A stretch of DNA of 64,000 nucleotides from Eledone cirrhosa (Eukaryota), in assembly GCA_964016885.1 (NCBI GenBank), contig OZ024740.1, forward strand, positions 66,588,001 to 66,652,000. Reading direction: 5' to 3'. The notes beneath the pieces were generated by a model that saw only the letters and a program-made list of their open reading frames with translations, ran no database searches and was not told where the DNA came from. The translations under genes and the position numbers were made by a program. Below are positions 1 to 13,610 of the stretch, in pieces; the first letter of the stretch is position 1; each line of letters begins with the position of its first letter.

Positions 1-229
1 TGTGTGTGTGTGTGAGAGAGAGTTTCGGATTCAATCGGCGGTAACCATAGTAAATAAGGTACCCAATAGATTGTATACATCACATTTAATTTAGAAATAG
101 TTTCTACATGTCTAGAACTGTTTCATTGGGGCTTTCCTAATGATTTCCTTCGAATGAAAAAGTTCTATATTAAATTTGTTATAATTATACACACACACAC
201 ACACACATACAGCCCCCCCCCCATATATA

Positions 230-587
230 TATATAAACATTTGTATATGTATAATAAAGCCAAAACAATGCAGGTATCGACATAGAATAAAGAATGCAAA
301 TGCAAAGATATTGTTGACAATTAGTCTTTTACCTTAGATTTATTTAAATGTTCTTAATTTTCGAGATAATATCTCTTCTTCGTAGGGAAGTAAAGCGATT
401 AAACCAGTGTTCTAAATAACTTGCCAAGTCATGCTGACAGGAAATGGTATAAAGTATCTGTTCTATCTCTAATATCAAAGAGTTAAGGTTAGGTGGATAA
501 AGAGTAGTCTCCCTTTAAAAGGTTTTTTTTTGTACATGCCTGTTTAAGTGTGTGGGAGAATGCTTGAACGTGTAAGTATGTGTGTGT

Positions 588-626
<39 letters not shown>

Positions 627-2042
627 AAGATATGTCTATACGTAAATGTGGGGGATAGATGTTATCTCGTGTTAGAACTGGTCTTTGTGTATGTATGTGT
701 GTGTGTGAGAGATAATAAGTGGAGGTGCAAGCGTGTGTGTATGTGCGTGTGTGTCGCAGGGAGGATGTAAATATGGGGCTAGATGCTCTATCAAGTTATA
801 AATTGGGTGTTGAGTTCTAGTCTATTATTGATTGGTGGTTGTGTTTTGTCTATAATTAGTGCTTCCTTAATTCTGAGATTGCCGAGGTTTCTTTCCTTAA
901 TTTCTATCCTAACTGTTATGGTTTTGTCGGTGTTTTTGCATTTAACTAGGTGTTTCTTAAATGAGGAAGCGTTAGTATTGAGGTGTTATGTTATTCGTAT
1001 GTGGAGTGGTATGGTTGTATTACCTACTTAGAAGTTGCTGCATTTGTCGCACTCTAGTCTGTATACGACGTAAGCCTGGTGGCATAAGTCTCTGTCGTTG
1101 ATGGGACAGTTGGCTAGCCTGCAGCGGTTGTCATGTCTGGTGGAGTGTCTGTTGGTTAGCTGTCCGCGTAGAGAAGGACCTGAGTGGGCTAGTTGGATAT
1201 CTACGTAGGTAGCACCACCAGACCACTCCACATAAGCATAAAAGAACACCTCAATACTAACGCTTCCTCATTTAAGAAACACCTAGTTAAATGCAAAAAC
1301 ACCGACAAAACCATAACAGTTAGGATGGAAACTAAGGAAAGAATCCTCGGCAATCTTAGAATTAAAGAAACACTAATTATAGACAAAACACAACCACCAA
1401 TCAATAATAGACTAGAACTCAACACGCAATTCATAAATGATAGAGCATCTAGCCCCGTATTTAACACACACACGCCCGCACACACACACTCACACACACA
1501 CGCTTACACCTCCACTTATCCACTTATTCTCTGTCACACACACACATACACACACAAAGACCAGTTCTTACACGAGATAACATCTATCCCCCACATTTAC
1601 GTATAGACATATCTTCTCACACTGTCTCTCACACACACACACATAATTACACCTTCACGCATTCTCCCACACACTTAAACAGGCATTTACAAAAAAAAAA
1701 AAACCTTTTAAAGGGAGATTACTCTTTATCCACCTAACCTCAACTCTTTGATATTAGAGATAGAACAGATACTCTATACCATTTCCTGTCAGCATGACGT
1801 GGCAAGTTATTTAGAACACTGGTTTAACCGCTTTACTTCCCTGCGAAGAAGAGATATTATCTCGAAAATTAAGGACATTTAAATAAATCTAAGGTCAATT
1901 ATTATTGACTAATTGTCAATAATATCTTTTGCATTTGCATTCTTTATTCTATGTCCATACCTGCATTGTTTTGGCTATATTATACATATACAAACGTTTA
2001 TACCTCATTACACAATGCTTCAAGTGAACTATAACTTCCTCC
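230..2042. mobile_element. Penelope-like element 3' fragment with inverted pseudo-LTR (fold-back)
   Basis: Arms ~230-1030 and ~1200-2001 are reverse complements. Both encode a GIY-YIG C-terminus: minus VVYRLECDKCSNF*VG, plus IYVGSTTRPLHISIKEH...KETLII...PPINN. Only the right arm has a ~40 bp extension (2002-2042). TA-rich flanks. Confidence 0.85.
1193..1445 (+). pseudogene. GIY-YIG endonuclease C-terminal fragment (PLE)
   Basis: YVGSTTR..H (YIG motif), downstream conserved E and P.IN; lacks the GIY half. Confidence 0.75.
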
Positions 2043-5000
2043 ATATATATAAATATCGATGCAACTTCTAGCATCTTCGAAAAACGTCTATTATATGAAC
2101 ACATATTCGTTTAAAAATCTAAATATACTGACATCGATCTAACAAGTGAAGTAATATCTTATTTGAAGCAGAGCAACGATACTACAAAATGTCATTGTCT
2201 ATCTTATCATCTACCAAATCCTACTAAGTTGAATGACGTGAATATGATATATGCGCAGTTGAATTACTGGAAATTATGAGCAATAATAAAGTAATAAATT
2301 CCGGATATGACTTGATATCTAACAACCCAAACAAGCCTCTACGGTCATGTTCTAGGTACAGTGCATCGGTTGCCTTATGAACTAAATTCTACAATCCGAT
2401 CAACTACAACACTCTCCGTAGTGACAGTATATTTCCAGCAATATAAACACGCTGATCTCCAAAATCTATGGCTAAATATAAATTCGCGCTGTTTTCTAGC
2501 AACATATATGCATCCGAAATGGTTAAATTAAATAAGAATAATTCTCTATCTAAATTACACAAAAAACACTACACTGCTGCAATAACAATGACATCTGTGG
2601 AATGATAATAGCATAAAATGTAACCTTCTGACAGAGAAATCCGACTTACATAACTAGAACTCATGATCTGCCCATGAGCAACTATGTATAAACCACATCA
2701 ATTCAATATGTAGTGTATCACAGATATAGATTAGAATGTCTTACCCTTACAAGGGTCCTAACAACATACTCGCTCTCCACTTTCTATGAAAATATATTTT
2801 CCTAAATAAAATACCATTTACTAATCGTTCATAGATACACACGATATGCCAGACAAAGTTGTAGAGTCCCGCACAGACTGTGTCGCTTAAGAATGGCTTT
2901 GACACATCCACGTCACAAATAATACTTTTTCTACTGCTCTTGTAAATGGATAACCATATCCACACCATAAAAATAACGTAAGATGAACGTACGTGCCGTA
3001 TCGATTGAATTACTGTCAGTACGTAGACTATCCCACCATCCATCAAACACGGACTAGTCAACTTATACTGATGCTAGATAATTGTTCACATCTATCAGCT
3101 CGTCTCTCACGTACATAGCTAATTTTTCTTTTCTCTGAAGGGTTGCAGCAATAATGCCTCCCGGTACAATATGGAGTAATATATTGCACAATAACAATTC
3201 AGACATCATAGGCTGAAACCAATGCTGTAAGGGAACACTTGTTAGAATTATTAATTTTCAATAATAAATGAATTGTGTATCAACTTCCCTGTCTCCATAA
3301 AGTTTCCACAATTTCGAACCAACACACACACACACACAACTACCCCCCCCCCCCAAACACACATACATACACACACATATATATGTGAGTGTGTATGTAT
3401 GTAAAAGTTAAACAGAAATAACAACACAATCGGTACAGTATATAGAATGGATATATTAGGTTAACGCTTGATATAGCAGGAAGAGTGTCTCTGTATACAA
3501 TATACTCCCAACCTAGAGATGGTTCTATATACTATAACGGATTCGTATAACAGTGATATTTCACAAGGACAAATTCTAACGCCATTAAATACATAATATT
3601 CAAAATTCGTACAGTTTTATTCTTACATTCGTCTACATTTCAGAAGATATATTCTTTGATTAAGTAATATATTTCTATTGCTCCGTGGTGATGAACATTA
3701 TTACTTCATTAGTGGTAAAACATATGTCCATATTCTTATTTACGACTTAATTAATTGCTTTGTTCTGGAAGAAGTCTATAACAAATAATGATATTTTTAT
3801 TTCGCTTTCTGTTCAATTAGTATTTCCATTTCTTTTATGTTGATAGATCGCTCACATGACCAGAAACCTGACGCAGCAGATTTAGTTTAAAAACTGAAAT
3901 ACGTTTATTTGGCTTCAATGTATCATCACATATAATTCTAATTATCAAATTAGATTAGACATCAATCACTCTGAAGTATAATTAAATATTTAAGTACATT
4001 TTGCATTGGCTCCGTGTGGTACAAGTGAACCACGTAAAGGCAATTGTTCTCAAAGAAGATTTAAATGAGAAGCAACAGAATATTGTTATACTACGATAAG
4101 GGATGTTGTTATTGTCATTGTTGCTGCTACTATTGTTGTTGTTGTTGTTATTGGTGGCATTGTTGTTGCCGGCGAAGACATGATTTTATTTACGTTATGT
4201 CATGTGTATAGCTAACTCGAAATGAAATTATATAACATACCATATGAATAACAGTTTAACAAAACAACAAACCTTTAATATAGGTTAAGATTGTCATGTA
4301 TTTTCATTCAATTCTATTTTTCATCGGATATAGTGGCTACTTTATCTATTTCATTATTGCTTTCTCTATTTCTTCCCCCACCCCTCTCTCTCTCTCTCTC
4401 CCTCTCTCTCTCTCTATATATATATATATGGGGGGGGGGGTATGTATAGATATATGAAAACCATTACTTTCCCTGTCTAGTTGGCTCTCGACTTTGCTTT
4501 TTTGAATTTGAATACACTTGTGTTGGTATTATTCTTTCTCCCGGAAGTCAGATATATCTCACATTTTATCAATTCCTTAAACTTTATTTTGCATGTCACA
4601 GGGGTTATCTGATTCATTGGTGTCATTTATTTCCGTTATGCTATGCTGAAATATCTCACACAGTTTTTTTTTATTTATACATTTGCATATCTTCAACATT
4701 TATCAGAATTTACAATGGAAAAATGAGTCTTATACAGAAAAGATAAATTCTAAACCGAATTTATTTCATGAGATCTCTTTGTAATTGTATAAACATTAGT
4801 CATGTTTTCATTCATATAATTGAAACCTATTATACAATATATATATATATTATTCAGCACAATAAAGTTAATATCTTCTGTCACTATATAAATTGCTCAT
4901 GCAAGAGGATGACATTCAAATACACAAAAACATATTTTATTGTAATGAAGACTTCGGATGAATGCATCTATGTGTCTGTGATATACAATCGCGGGAGAGT

Positions 5001-5435
5001 TTTGGAAGATGGAATAGGATGAAGTTGTTCGATACCTTTAGTATTTGTCTTATATCTTTGTAATTTACTATTTTTCATAATAGCATTTATTCTACGTAAA
5101 GTGGGCATTTTGTTCAGATGAAATTCAACGAGATATTTCTGTTTTTAAAGCCCCTCTTAAAGTCATATTTTGTAAAACCACGACAGGGTGTGTATTAAGC
5201 TCATAGTAAGCCCTGATTACCTCTAAATGACGAAAATATTAACATTGTATACGACGACAAAGCTAGATGAATCTAGAAAGTGAAATTCATACACACATAC
5301 ATACAAACATACATGGGTACATAAATGCATATATACACACATATATATGTATAAGTTCATGTACATGTATATATAATTTTAACACAAAACACACACAGAT
5401 ATATATATATGTGAACTATATATATATATATGTGA

Positions 5436-5567
5436 ACGTTTTTCTTACTATATCAAGTGTAAAACTAAAAATAGATATCTTCATCGTACCGTCATTTGCT
5501 TTCTTTTTACTGTTCAACTTTTGCATATATAAATACACACACGCACACGCACACACAGACACACACG

Positions 5568-5662
<95 letters not shown>

Positions 5663-5771
5663 GCGTGTGTGTATTTATATATGCACAAGTTGAACAGAAA
5701 AAACAAAGCAAATGACAGTACGATGAAGATATCTATTTTTAGTTTTACACTTGATATAGTAAGAAAAACGT
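5436..5771. repeat. Inverted repeat centred on (CA)n(TA)n(TG)n
   Basis: 5436-~5560 is the reverse complement of ~5650-5771 (acgtttttcttactatatcaagtg / cacttgatatagtaagaaaaacgt). Confidence 0.85.
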
Positions 5772-5806
5772 CTTAACGTTTCTGACGCTAGACATTCATC
5801 AGAAAA
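5771..5806 (-). ncRNA. Minimal hammerhead ribozyme motif (weak stems)
   Basis: Minus strand TTTT-CTGATGA-atgtctagcgtca-GAAACGTT-aaga; palindromic AACGTT at stem III; stems I and II are weak. Confidence 0.45.
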
Positions 5807-6240
5807 TAGATGAGAAATTAAAGAAAACATACATGCATAAACACATGATTACATGCACATATACAAGCAGAAGGGAAAGAGAGAGAAATAAATGTTAAAT
5901 CTATAGATGTATAATTTTGTGTAGATATTATTCATTTCATTGAATAATTTAGAAATGTAATAGCAGCGTACAAATAATGAGTTTTCGAATCACATCGCAT
6001 AATCTATTTTCTTTGCGATAGTAGATAAAAGGCTTGAAGAGCTAATTTAACTTAACACCCGTCTGATTCACTAAAAGGAGTCTTTTTATTTCTAGGGACA
6101 TTATAGTCTTCTGATCTATTAGTGTAATTTTCTTATTTATTTGCATTTCTATCGCACAGGCATTGGAAAATCAGTTATTTTATTGAACCCCTCTAGGTGA
6201 AATATACACACACCCACACACCCACACACATACACACACC

Positions 6241-6321
<81 letters not shown>

Positions 6322-6774
6322 TTGAGGTTGGTAATGGCACATGGAATATATAAGAGACAGAATACTTTTTTGTGAAAAAACATAATTTTATAAGGTAAGG
6401 AAATAATAAAGGGTATAAAAAATGACCGCTTTCGATGGGTCTGCAAAAGCCATCTTTTCAAATGTTGATTAATATTAAGAAAAATTAATAATACGAAGAG
6501 TTAAAATTTGAGATTTGAAAATTCAAGTATAAAATTCATTGTGGGATTTCATAGCAGTTTTCATCTAGGTAGCAACAAAAGGTTGACTGCTGTGTCCCTT
6601 TCTGATAGTGAATGAGAAGTTATTTGGGGTGTGGGTTATTTTATAAAGGTCAGATTTAGCAATCACCAACTGGCCAGCTGCTGGTCAGTGAGGGGGTGGA
6701 AGCAATATACATACACATATCTTCCTGTGGTGGGTAGGAGAGTGGAGCGTGATAGAAAGGGATTTAGTGCACTT

Positions 6775-6828
6775 ACACCTATATATACACACATACCTTC
6801 ATCCACACATACATACATATACATATAC

Positions 6829-6871
<43 letters not shown>

Positions 6872-6936
6872 CACACATACATAGACACACACATACATAT
6901 ACATAGACACATACACACACACACATATATACACAT

Positions 6937-6987
<51 letters not shown>

Positions 6988-7026
6988 TATATATACATAC
7001 ACATACATCCAGATACACAAATACAT

Positions 7027-7106
<80 letters not shown>

Positions 7107-7118
7107 CCACACATACAT

Positions 7119-7149
<31 letters not shown>

Positions 7150-7420
7150 CATACACACATACAAACATACACACACACACATATATATACACACATACAC
7201 ACACCTATATATACACACACACACACACGCATATATATATATACACATACGCATACATCCAGATACACACATACATACACACACACACACACGCACACAC
7301 AATACATACATCCACATGCACACACATACACAGACACACACATATACACATACATACACCCACACACAGAGAAATGGCCTCCAAATATATATATATATAT
7401 ATACATACAGACACATATAT
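6775..7420. repeat. Compound (TA)n/(CA)n microsatellite
   Basis: Direct inspection. Confidence 0.95.
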
Positions 7421-7684
7421 TTTTTCCATAATATAAGAAGTTGGGACAGTGAAATTAAAATACAAGTCATTCTGATCACATTGAGTTCTTCATGTAGATT
7501 GGGCCCCGCAACCGACAGTGGTGAATTCTGTGTGCGCATATATATATTGATATATGTGTGTGCACGTGCAGGGTTTAACATGGATGTGTTGGTCACACAA
7601 AGGCATGGTCTGTCAATGAATAAACCTGATTCTACAGAATTGGTCTCTGGTCTTTAATAGCAGTGATTCCGTGCGTATGTGTGT

Positions 7685-8372
7685 TTATATTTTATGACAA
7701 TTATATTGGGGTGATAACCCGTTTAGTTTTGGTTTAAATTTGTTAAGGAATAGATTTTCTTTGTTTATTCTTTGTTGCTGTGTGAACGAATCTGAGCACT
7801 TGTAGAAGGGGAAGATTTTAAAGTTGGGTAGTGTCATTCCTGCGCAGTTCGCAATATGGCTGCTCAAGGGGATTTTTCTTGTGTTAGCTTCCCGGATTTG
7901 TTGGCGGTGGATGGTCATTCTTTTGCGTAATGAGGTGCCCGTCTGTCCTATGTAGTTGTGTTTGCACCCACCGCAAATTATTGCGTAAATCAAGTTCTCC
8001 GAGTTGCAGGTGAAATTGTTTTTTACTGTAAATGTTTGGCCATCTTTGAATGTAAATGTTTGTCCTTCAGTGAGGTAGAGGCACGTTCCACAGTTTGTTC
8101 TACCACATTTTGGTAACTGTAGGGTTGAGGATTGGTTTGGGTATATTTGGTCCAGTGAGAATGCGTTTAAGTGATTTGGGTTGTCTTTTACTGTTAAGGA
8201 TCTTGTGTGTTTCAAGAATAGACTTCATTTTTACATCTTTAAGTAGGATGGGGAGGTTTTTGTGTAGGTGATCAAACATTTCGGTATTTCTGGGGTTGAA
8301 AGTGGATACATATGGCAGGGTGTTGAGTGTGGTTTTCTGTTTTGGATTTTTAAGTTGATGGGGATTTAGGTG
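7685..8372 (-). pseudogene. PLE fragment: Cys linker plus GIY-YIG endonuclease
   Basis: KCGRTNCGTC linker, LIYAIICGGCKHNYIGQTGTSLRKRMTIH, RINKENLFLNKFKPKLN. Confidence 0.9.
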
Positions 8373-8384
8373 TATATATATATA

Positions 8385-8448
8385 TTAAAATAACCGATAA
8401 AAGCTTTAGCAAATAATCGCTGCTTTCACCCTTAACGGGATATTCTGA
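8385..8448 (-). repeat. Short degenerate copy of the CAGA-hammerhead repeat family
   Basis: Reverse complement resembles 35705-35770 and 55022-55090. Confidence 0.7.
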
Positions 8449-8475
8449 CACACACACATACACACACACACACAC

Positions 8476-8505
<30 letters not shown>

Positions 8506-8509
<4 letters not shown>

Positions 8510-9780
8510 TAATAAAAACAATGAATAAAAACAAAGAACAAGTTCCTCATATTAAGGATCGTTTCTAGGATATATATATGTGTGATGGTATGTATATCAT
8601 GTAGATCTATGTAAACATATTACAAATTATCAGAGGAAATATACATACCTTCACATATATATGCTGTCTTCAGAAATAATGAGATTTGTTTATTGTGAAA
8701 AACCAACAAAGATTTAATATAATAGGTCTGTTTGGGAACATGTTTTGAATTGACCAAAAGAAAATTAGTAAGAGGTCAAGTTGACAGAATAGTAGTAGTA
8801 GAAATTTAATTTAGGGTAGAGGAATGCAGACTTATGTTTTGAATTGAAAGAATACTTTGAATGAAAAGAATATGTTGGGGATGAAAAGAGGTCAAGCCGG
8901 TGAAGGGTACACGCAAATTTTATGTTATTAAAGAATAATGTTAAAAACGAAGAAGAGCAAAATTTTAGGGTAAAGGTATTAGTGAGAACTACCAATCGTA
9001 TTTAAAACACAAGTAATTTAAGTCTATAACAAAACATTAAATTAATTGGTAGGTATACTTATAGGGATAAATTTATATTAATTCATATGGATGTGATAAA
9101 TAAGAATTAGATGTTATTAAAGAATGTTGTTAAAAACGAAGGAAAATAAAATGTTGGGATAAGTGTAGTAGTGAGAAATACCAATCTTATAATCTAGAAG
9201 GAATCTAGATTCATAACAGGAAATTAAATTAATTTATATGTATACTTTTAGGTATTAATTTTAGGAAAAGAGAGCTGTAAGAGGGAAATAAAATTATGAA
9301 GTTCTCTGTAGTAAAGTACTAATTATAGGTTAACTAAATTAAATTCCTACTACTACTATTCTATCAACTTGACCTCTTACTACTTTTCTATTGGTCAATT
9401 CAAAACATGTTCCCAAACAGACCTATTATATTAAATCTTTGTTGGTTTTCTCAATAAACAAATCTCATTATTTCTGAAGACAGCATATATATGTGAAGGT
9501 ATGGATATTTCCTCTGATAATTTGTAATATGTTTACATATGATATACATACCAAGACACATATATATCCTAGAAACGATCGTAAAATGATGAATTGTTTA
9601 ATATAAGGAACTTGTTCTTTGTTTTTATTCATTGTTTTTATTAATTTATCTTGACTATGTTTTCCCGTGATTTTCATCGAACATTTTTGAATGCATCTTC
9701 TCTTTTCATGATATTTGGATTACATTGAGTACTTCATACGGATTAGACACTACCGTATATTTTGGTATATTCATCTACAT
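8506..9780. mobile_element. Non-coding fold-back element with 3' tail
   Basis: Arms ~8506-8815 and ~9330-9647 are inverted; internal diverged tandem duplication (~8920-9070 / ~9110-9260); right-hand tail with GAGTACT at 9727; (TA)n flanks. Confidence 0.75.
9467..9521 (+). ncRNA. Degenerate hammerhead-like motif (mirror copy ~8624-8680, minus)
   Basis: attattt-CTGAAGA-cagcatatatatgt-GAA-GG...CC-TC-tgataat; one A of GAAA is missing in both arms. Confidence 0.35.
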
Positions 9781-11242
9781 ATATATATATATATGTATAC
9801 ACAGTTCAAGAGTAACCAATCTTAAAGAGAGAGATGGAGATAGTAGAGGAGATATGAGAGGAAAGATTGGTGAGTTAGTTAGCAGCCAAAGCGTAAAGGC
9901 ATGTGCTCAATTTGCAATATGCAGTAGAAAGCAGCTAGGTGGTTGGGTTCATGCAGAAGTTAGGTGCGCAGAGCTGGAAATATTCATTAGTTAAGAGAAA
10001 CAAGACCACAAACTTCATAAGGAAGACATTATTAAAAGATTGTCAACATATTTAGTTTGATGTAAGGAATGTAGAGAATAATAATAATAATAATATTAAT
10101 AATAATAATGTCCGTTTACAATTATTTCGCTACTCCATATAATATATTTCTGGATCAGATGACTATATATCATAATTGATCTGGTTCAGTTGAAAATAAT
10201 TAACATATTTAAAAAAACAGAGTGGCTCATCGGAACTCAAAGGAATATAAATTAAAATAATGTTACATAATATAATGTTCCATATATTGGTTTTTACTAT
10301 GGTGTCTTGGTTGCATCAGCTGTCAGCCATAATCAAGCAGTATTCATCTGTCGAGGCTGCATTGCAGCATCTCATGATTTTGCAACATTACCTAATGCAT
10401 AACTGTTTGTATTATCAATTTACATAGTTTAAATTGGATATCTATAAATTGAAATTTATTTATGGCTTGCAATCAATTATTTATCAATTTAGTTGATGGG
10501 AGATTCACTTGAGACATTTGTTCTTTAAATATGCTTCGAATTTATTATAATTTCAAGTATTCCATTGCAATTCCTTGAAATCAAGCGATGTCTGACTTGC
10601 TCAAAGTCAGTATTTTTAGTTTCCACTCTAAACGACATTGTGTTTCATATTTAGTCTGTATTAGACTATAGCCTTGAATTGCCGTGTGTGAGCATTAGGG
10701 ACTGCAATGTTTCCATATTTTGGGAAGTTTCTTATTTTTAAGATGAATCTGGATTCTTTTAAGGTTGTATTCTAGCTCGAATGCAAGTCTGGGAGATATA
10801 ACCGAGTAAATACATACTCATTTGATATTAAGGGCAGCTATAATTTGCAAGCAGGTTGTTAATAGTCTGTGTTTTATTGAATCAAAGAAGCGTACAGCAT
10901 TTCATAATATAGAGATTAAAAGTAGTGATGTGTGATATTTCCTTCTAATCTATAAGTAACGTGTGGATCCTATTTACTGGTGACATTAATCATAATATAT
11001 AGAGAATCTTTAGAAAAACAAAATATTGGTTTGAATGACTTTCTAGAGAAACCGTTTTCACTAATGCCTTGTCACGAGAAAGCAGAGTATTAATAAGTTA
11101 TGTGAAACACATAGCTAATTCAAACAAGTCGAACTGTTGAAGGCCTCATTCTACACCACGCTTTAGATAGCAAAAATAACAGATTGTATTAACAAAAAGA
11201 GCCACACACACATATATATATACCTTAATTTATATATATATA

Positions 11243-11828
11243 TAATGGGAAACGAAGAATCAGTGATGCATCGGTACACAATTTCCTACGTATTACAATT
11301 TGTTCTCCGGCGAACAGCTCGAGGTGCGATCTGTTTGTGGATCGAACCTGACTCTGGATTCGCAAGTTCCTCAGATACGTCTAGTGATTTCGAAGCAAAT
11401 TCTCTTTCTGCTGGGCTCTGACACTTCGAATCTATATCATCTGCCTTTATCCTGTTTGCGCGGCTCTTAGATTGGTCGATAGTTAGTTGAACTATGATGA
11501 CGTCACGAACTATCGACCAATCTAAGAGTCGCGCAAACAGGATGAAGGCAGATGATTTAGATTCGAAGGGTCGGAGTCCAGCAGAAAGAAAATTTGCTTC
11601 GAAATCACTAGACGTTTCTGAGGAACTTGCGAATCCAGAATCAGGTTCGATCCACAAACAGATTGCACCTCGAGCTGCTCGCCGGAGAAACAATGTAATA
11701 CATAATAAATTGTGTTCCGATGCATCACTGATTCTTCGCTTACCATTTTATCATACTCTGCTCTGAACGAGCATAGAGTGCTCAACCGGCATACCGCCTA
11801 TGGACGCATCCTAGCAACCATACGATTT
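11243..11828. mobile_element. Non-coding fold-back element, long-stem-II HHR family
   Basis: Arms 11243-11484 and 11508-11748 with a 23-bp spacer; tail ~11750-11828 with ACTC...GAGTGCT; (TA)n flanks. Confidence 0.85.
11613..11702 (+). ncRNA. Hammerhead ribozyme, extended stem II (degenerate mirror copy 11288-11380, minus)
   Basis: cgttt-CTGAGGA-[long stem II]-GAAAC-aat-GTA-atac. Confidence 0.65.
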
Positions 11829-11893
11829 ATATATATATATATAAATATCTCAGAAAAAAAGAGAATCAGTGTTGCGACGAATAGAATTTATTG

Positions 11894-11989
11894 GAGATAC
11901 TACAATTGTTTCTCGGGTGAACAGCTTGAGGTACGATCTATGTGATGATCAAACCTGACTCTGAAAATCGCAAGGTCTTCAGATACGTC
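11894..11989 (-). ncRNA. Hammerhead ribozyme, extended stem II
   Basis: Minus: gacgtat-CTGAAGA-...-GAAA-CAATTG-TA-gtat; palindromic stem III. Confidence 0.65.
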
Positions 11990-12534
11990 TTGATTCTACG
12001 AAGCAGATTTTCCTTTGTCATTTTACATCGGTATAATTGGCATGTCGGCTTAGATCCTGTTCTTGTTTTTGTTGTTTTTTTTTTCTTTTTGAAATATGTA
12101 TGTTTTAAGGTATTCTGAGGCTGTGTTCTTGAAACGTTATGCTATAAAATTTATAATATTTTTCTAATTTTTTTGTAATTTGATTTAAAATCCATCCAAG
12201 CATTATTTACGGATTTCTTCGCATACAATACAGTTGCGGCTGTGTACGCGATCGGTGTAGAAGAGGGCCTCTAAAGACAGTGAAGACGTCGAAGGGCCGC
12301 CAGCAGTTCAAGCATACAACCCCTTACTTACTACAGTAGTAATTCCGACCCAAGAAATAAATTTGATTGACAGGTGGAGAATGAAAAGAACTAAATAGTG
12401 GACAACCATGAGTGGCTAGATATACCGATTGCGTGTACAATTCTTCACCACTCATAGAATGACAACAGGATCTAAGCCGACAGGCGAAGTATATCAATGT
12501 AAAAGGACATAGGAAATCTGCTTCGTAGAATCAA

Positions 12535-12630
12535 GACGTATCTGAGGAACTTGCGATTTTTAGAGGCAGGTTCGATCATCACATCGATCGTGCCTCGAGC
12601 TGGTCGCCAGAGAAACGATTGTAATACGTC
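12535..12630 (+). ncRNA. Hammerhead ribozyme, extended stem II
   Basis: GACGTAT-CTGAGGA-[stem II incl. gaggca/tgcctc, tcgat/atcga]-GAAAC-gatt-GTA-ATACGTC; perfect 7-bp stem I; predicted cleavage after A12623. Confidence 0.85.
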
Positions 12631-12752
12631 CAATATATTCCATTCGTCGCAACACTGATTCACTTTTTTTCTGTGATATCATACTCTGCTCTATGAGAGC
12701 ATCGAGTGCTCATAGAGCCTGCCGCAAACGGCCGCTTAAAGCATCCAACCCC

Positions 12753-12933
<181 letters not shown>

Positions 12934-13194
12934 GAAAAGAATGAAACGAAATTTCATTTCTCACAATTAGTACGGCTGATACCTAAATATAAGTATGTAT
13001 ACGTTCATAAATATATGTGTACAGACGCACAATAGTATGTATATATATACATACATGCACACACATATATATGTACGTATGGGTTTACCGAACATTTATT
13101 ATAATGTTCGGTTTGTTTGTAAACAAACAGCCGGAATTACGACGTACAGTGCTCGGCAATCATCGTCGCCTTTTTGTTCAACACTGACACAGGA

Positions 13195-13237
13195 ACGATG
13201 TACTAGTTCCAAGCTTATTAGCTATCGTCAGCATCGT
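13195..13237 (-). ncRNA. Minimal hammerhead motif (core GGAA mutation)
   Basis: ACGATG-CTGACGA-tAGCTaataAGCTt-GGAA-CTAG-TA-CATCGT. Confidence 0.6.
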
Positions 13238-13567
13238 ATACCTTTCTGTCAGATGATTGAACGTTTGAAAGTATATACTTTCCTCATGCATATTAGCGGC
13301 TGAGCAGCCTAATTTGCGTACCAAGTGAGTTAGTCGTCCTGGCATACCGAAAACGATAAATGGGAAAGAATGAAACCAAATTTTTATTCATCACGCTTAG
13401 TACGGCTGATACCTAAATATAAGTATGTATACGCACATACATATATGTGTACGAACGGTATGCCCGGCCGACTAACTCACTCGATATGCAAATTAGGCTG
13501 CTCAGCCGTTAATATGCATGAGGAAAGTATATACTTTCAGACGTTCAATTATCTGAGAGAAAGGTAT

Positions 13568-13610
13568 ACGATGCTGACGATAGCTAATAAGCTTGAAAGT
13601 AGTACATCGT
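13568..13610 (+). ncRNA. Minimal type-I hammerhead ribozyme
   Basis: ACGATG-CTGACGA-tAGCTaataAGCTt-GAAA-gtag-TA-CATCGT: 6-bp stem I, 1-bp stem III with a tetraloop. Confidence 0.85.

Noticed and set aside
1836-1885. HHR-like motif gcgaaga-agagat att atctc-gaaa in the first PLE arm
   Set aside because: Core lacks CTGA in both arms, and no clear stem I or UH site.
2050-4360. Possible host exons (ORF 2747-3061, splice-like sites)
   Set aside because: No recognisable protein motif or consistent exon chain; needs RNA-seq.
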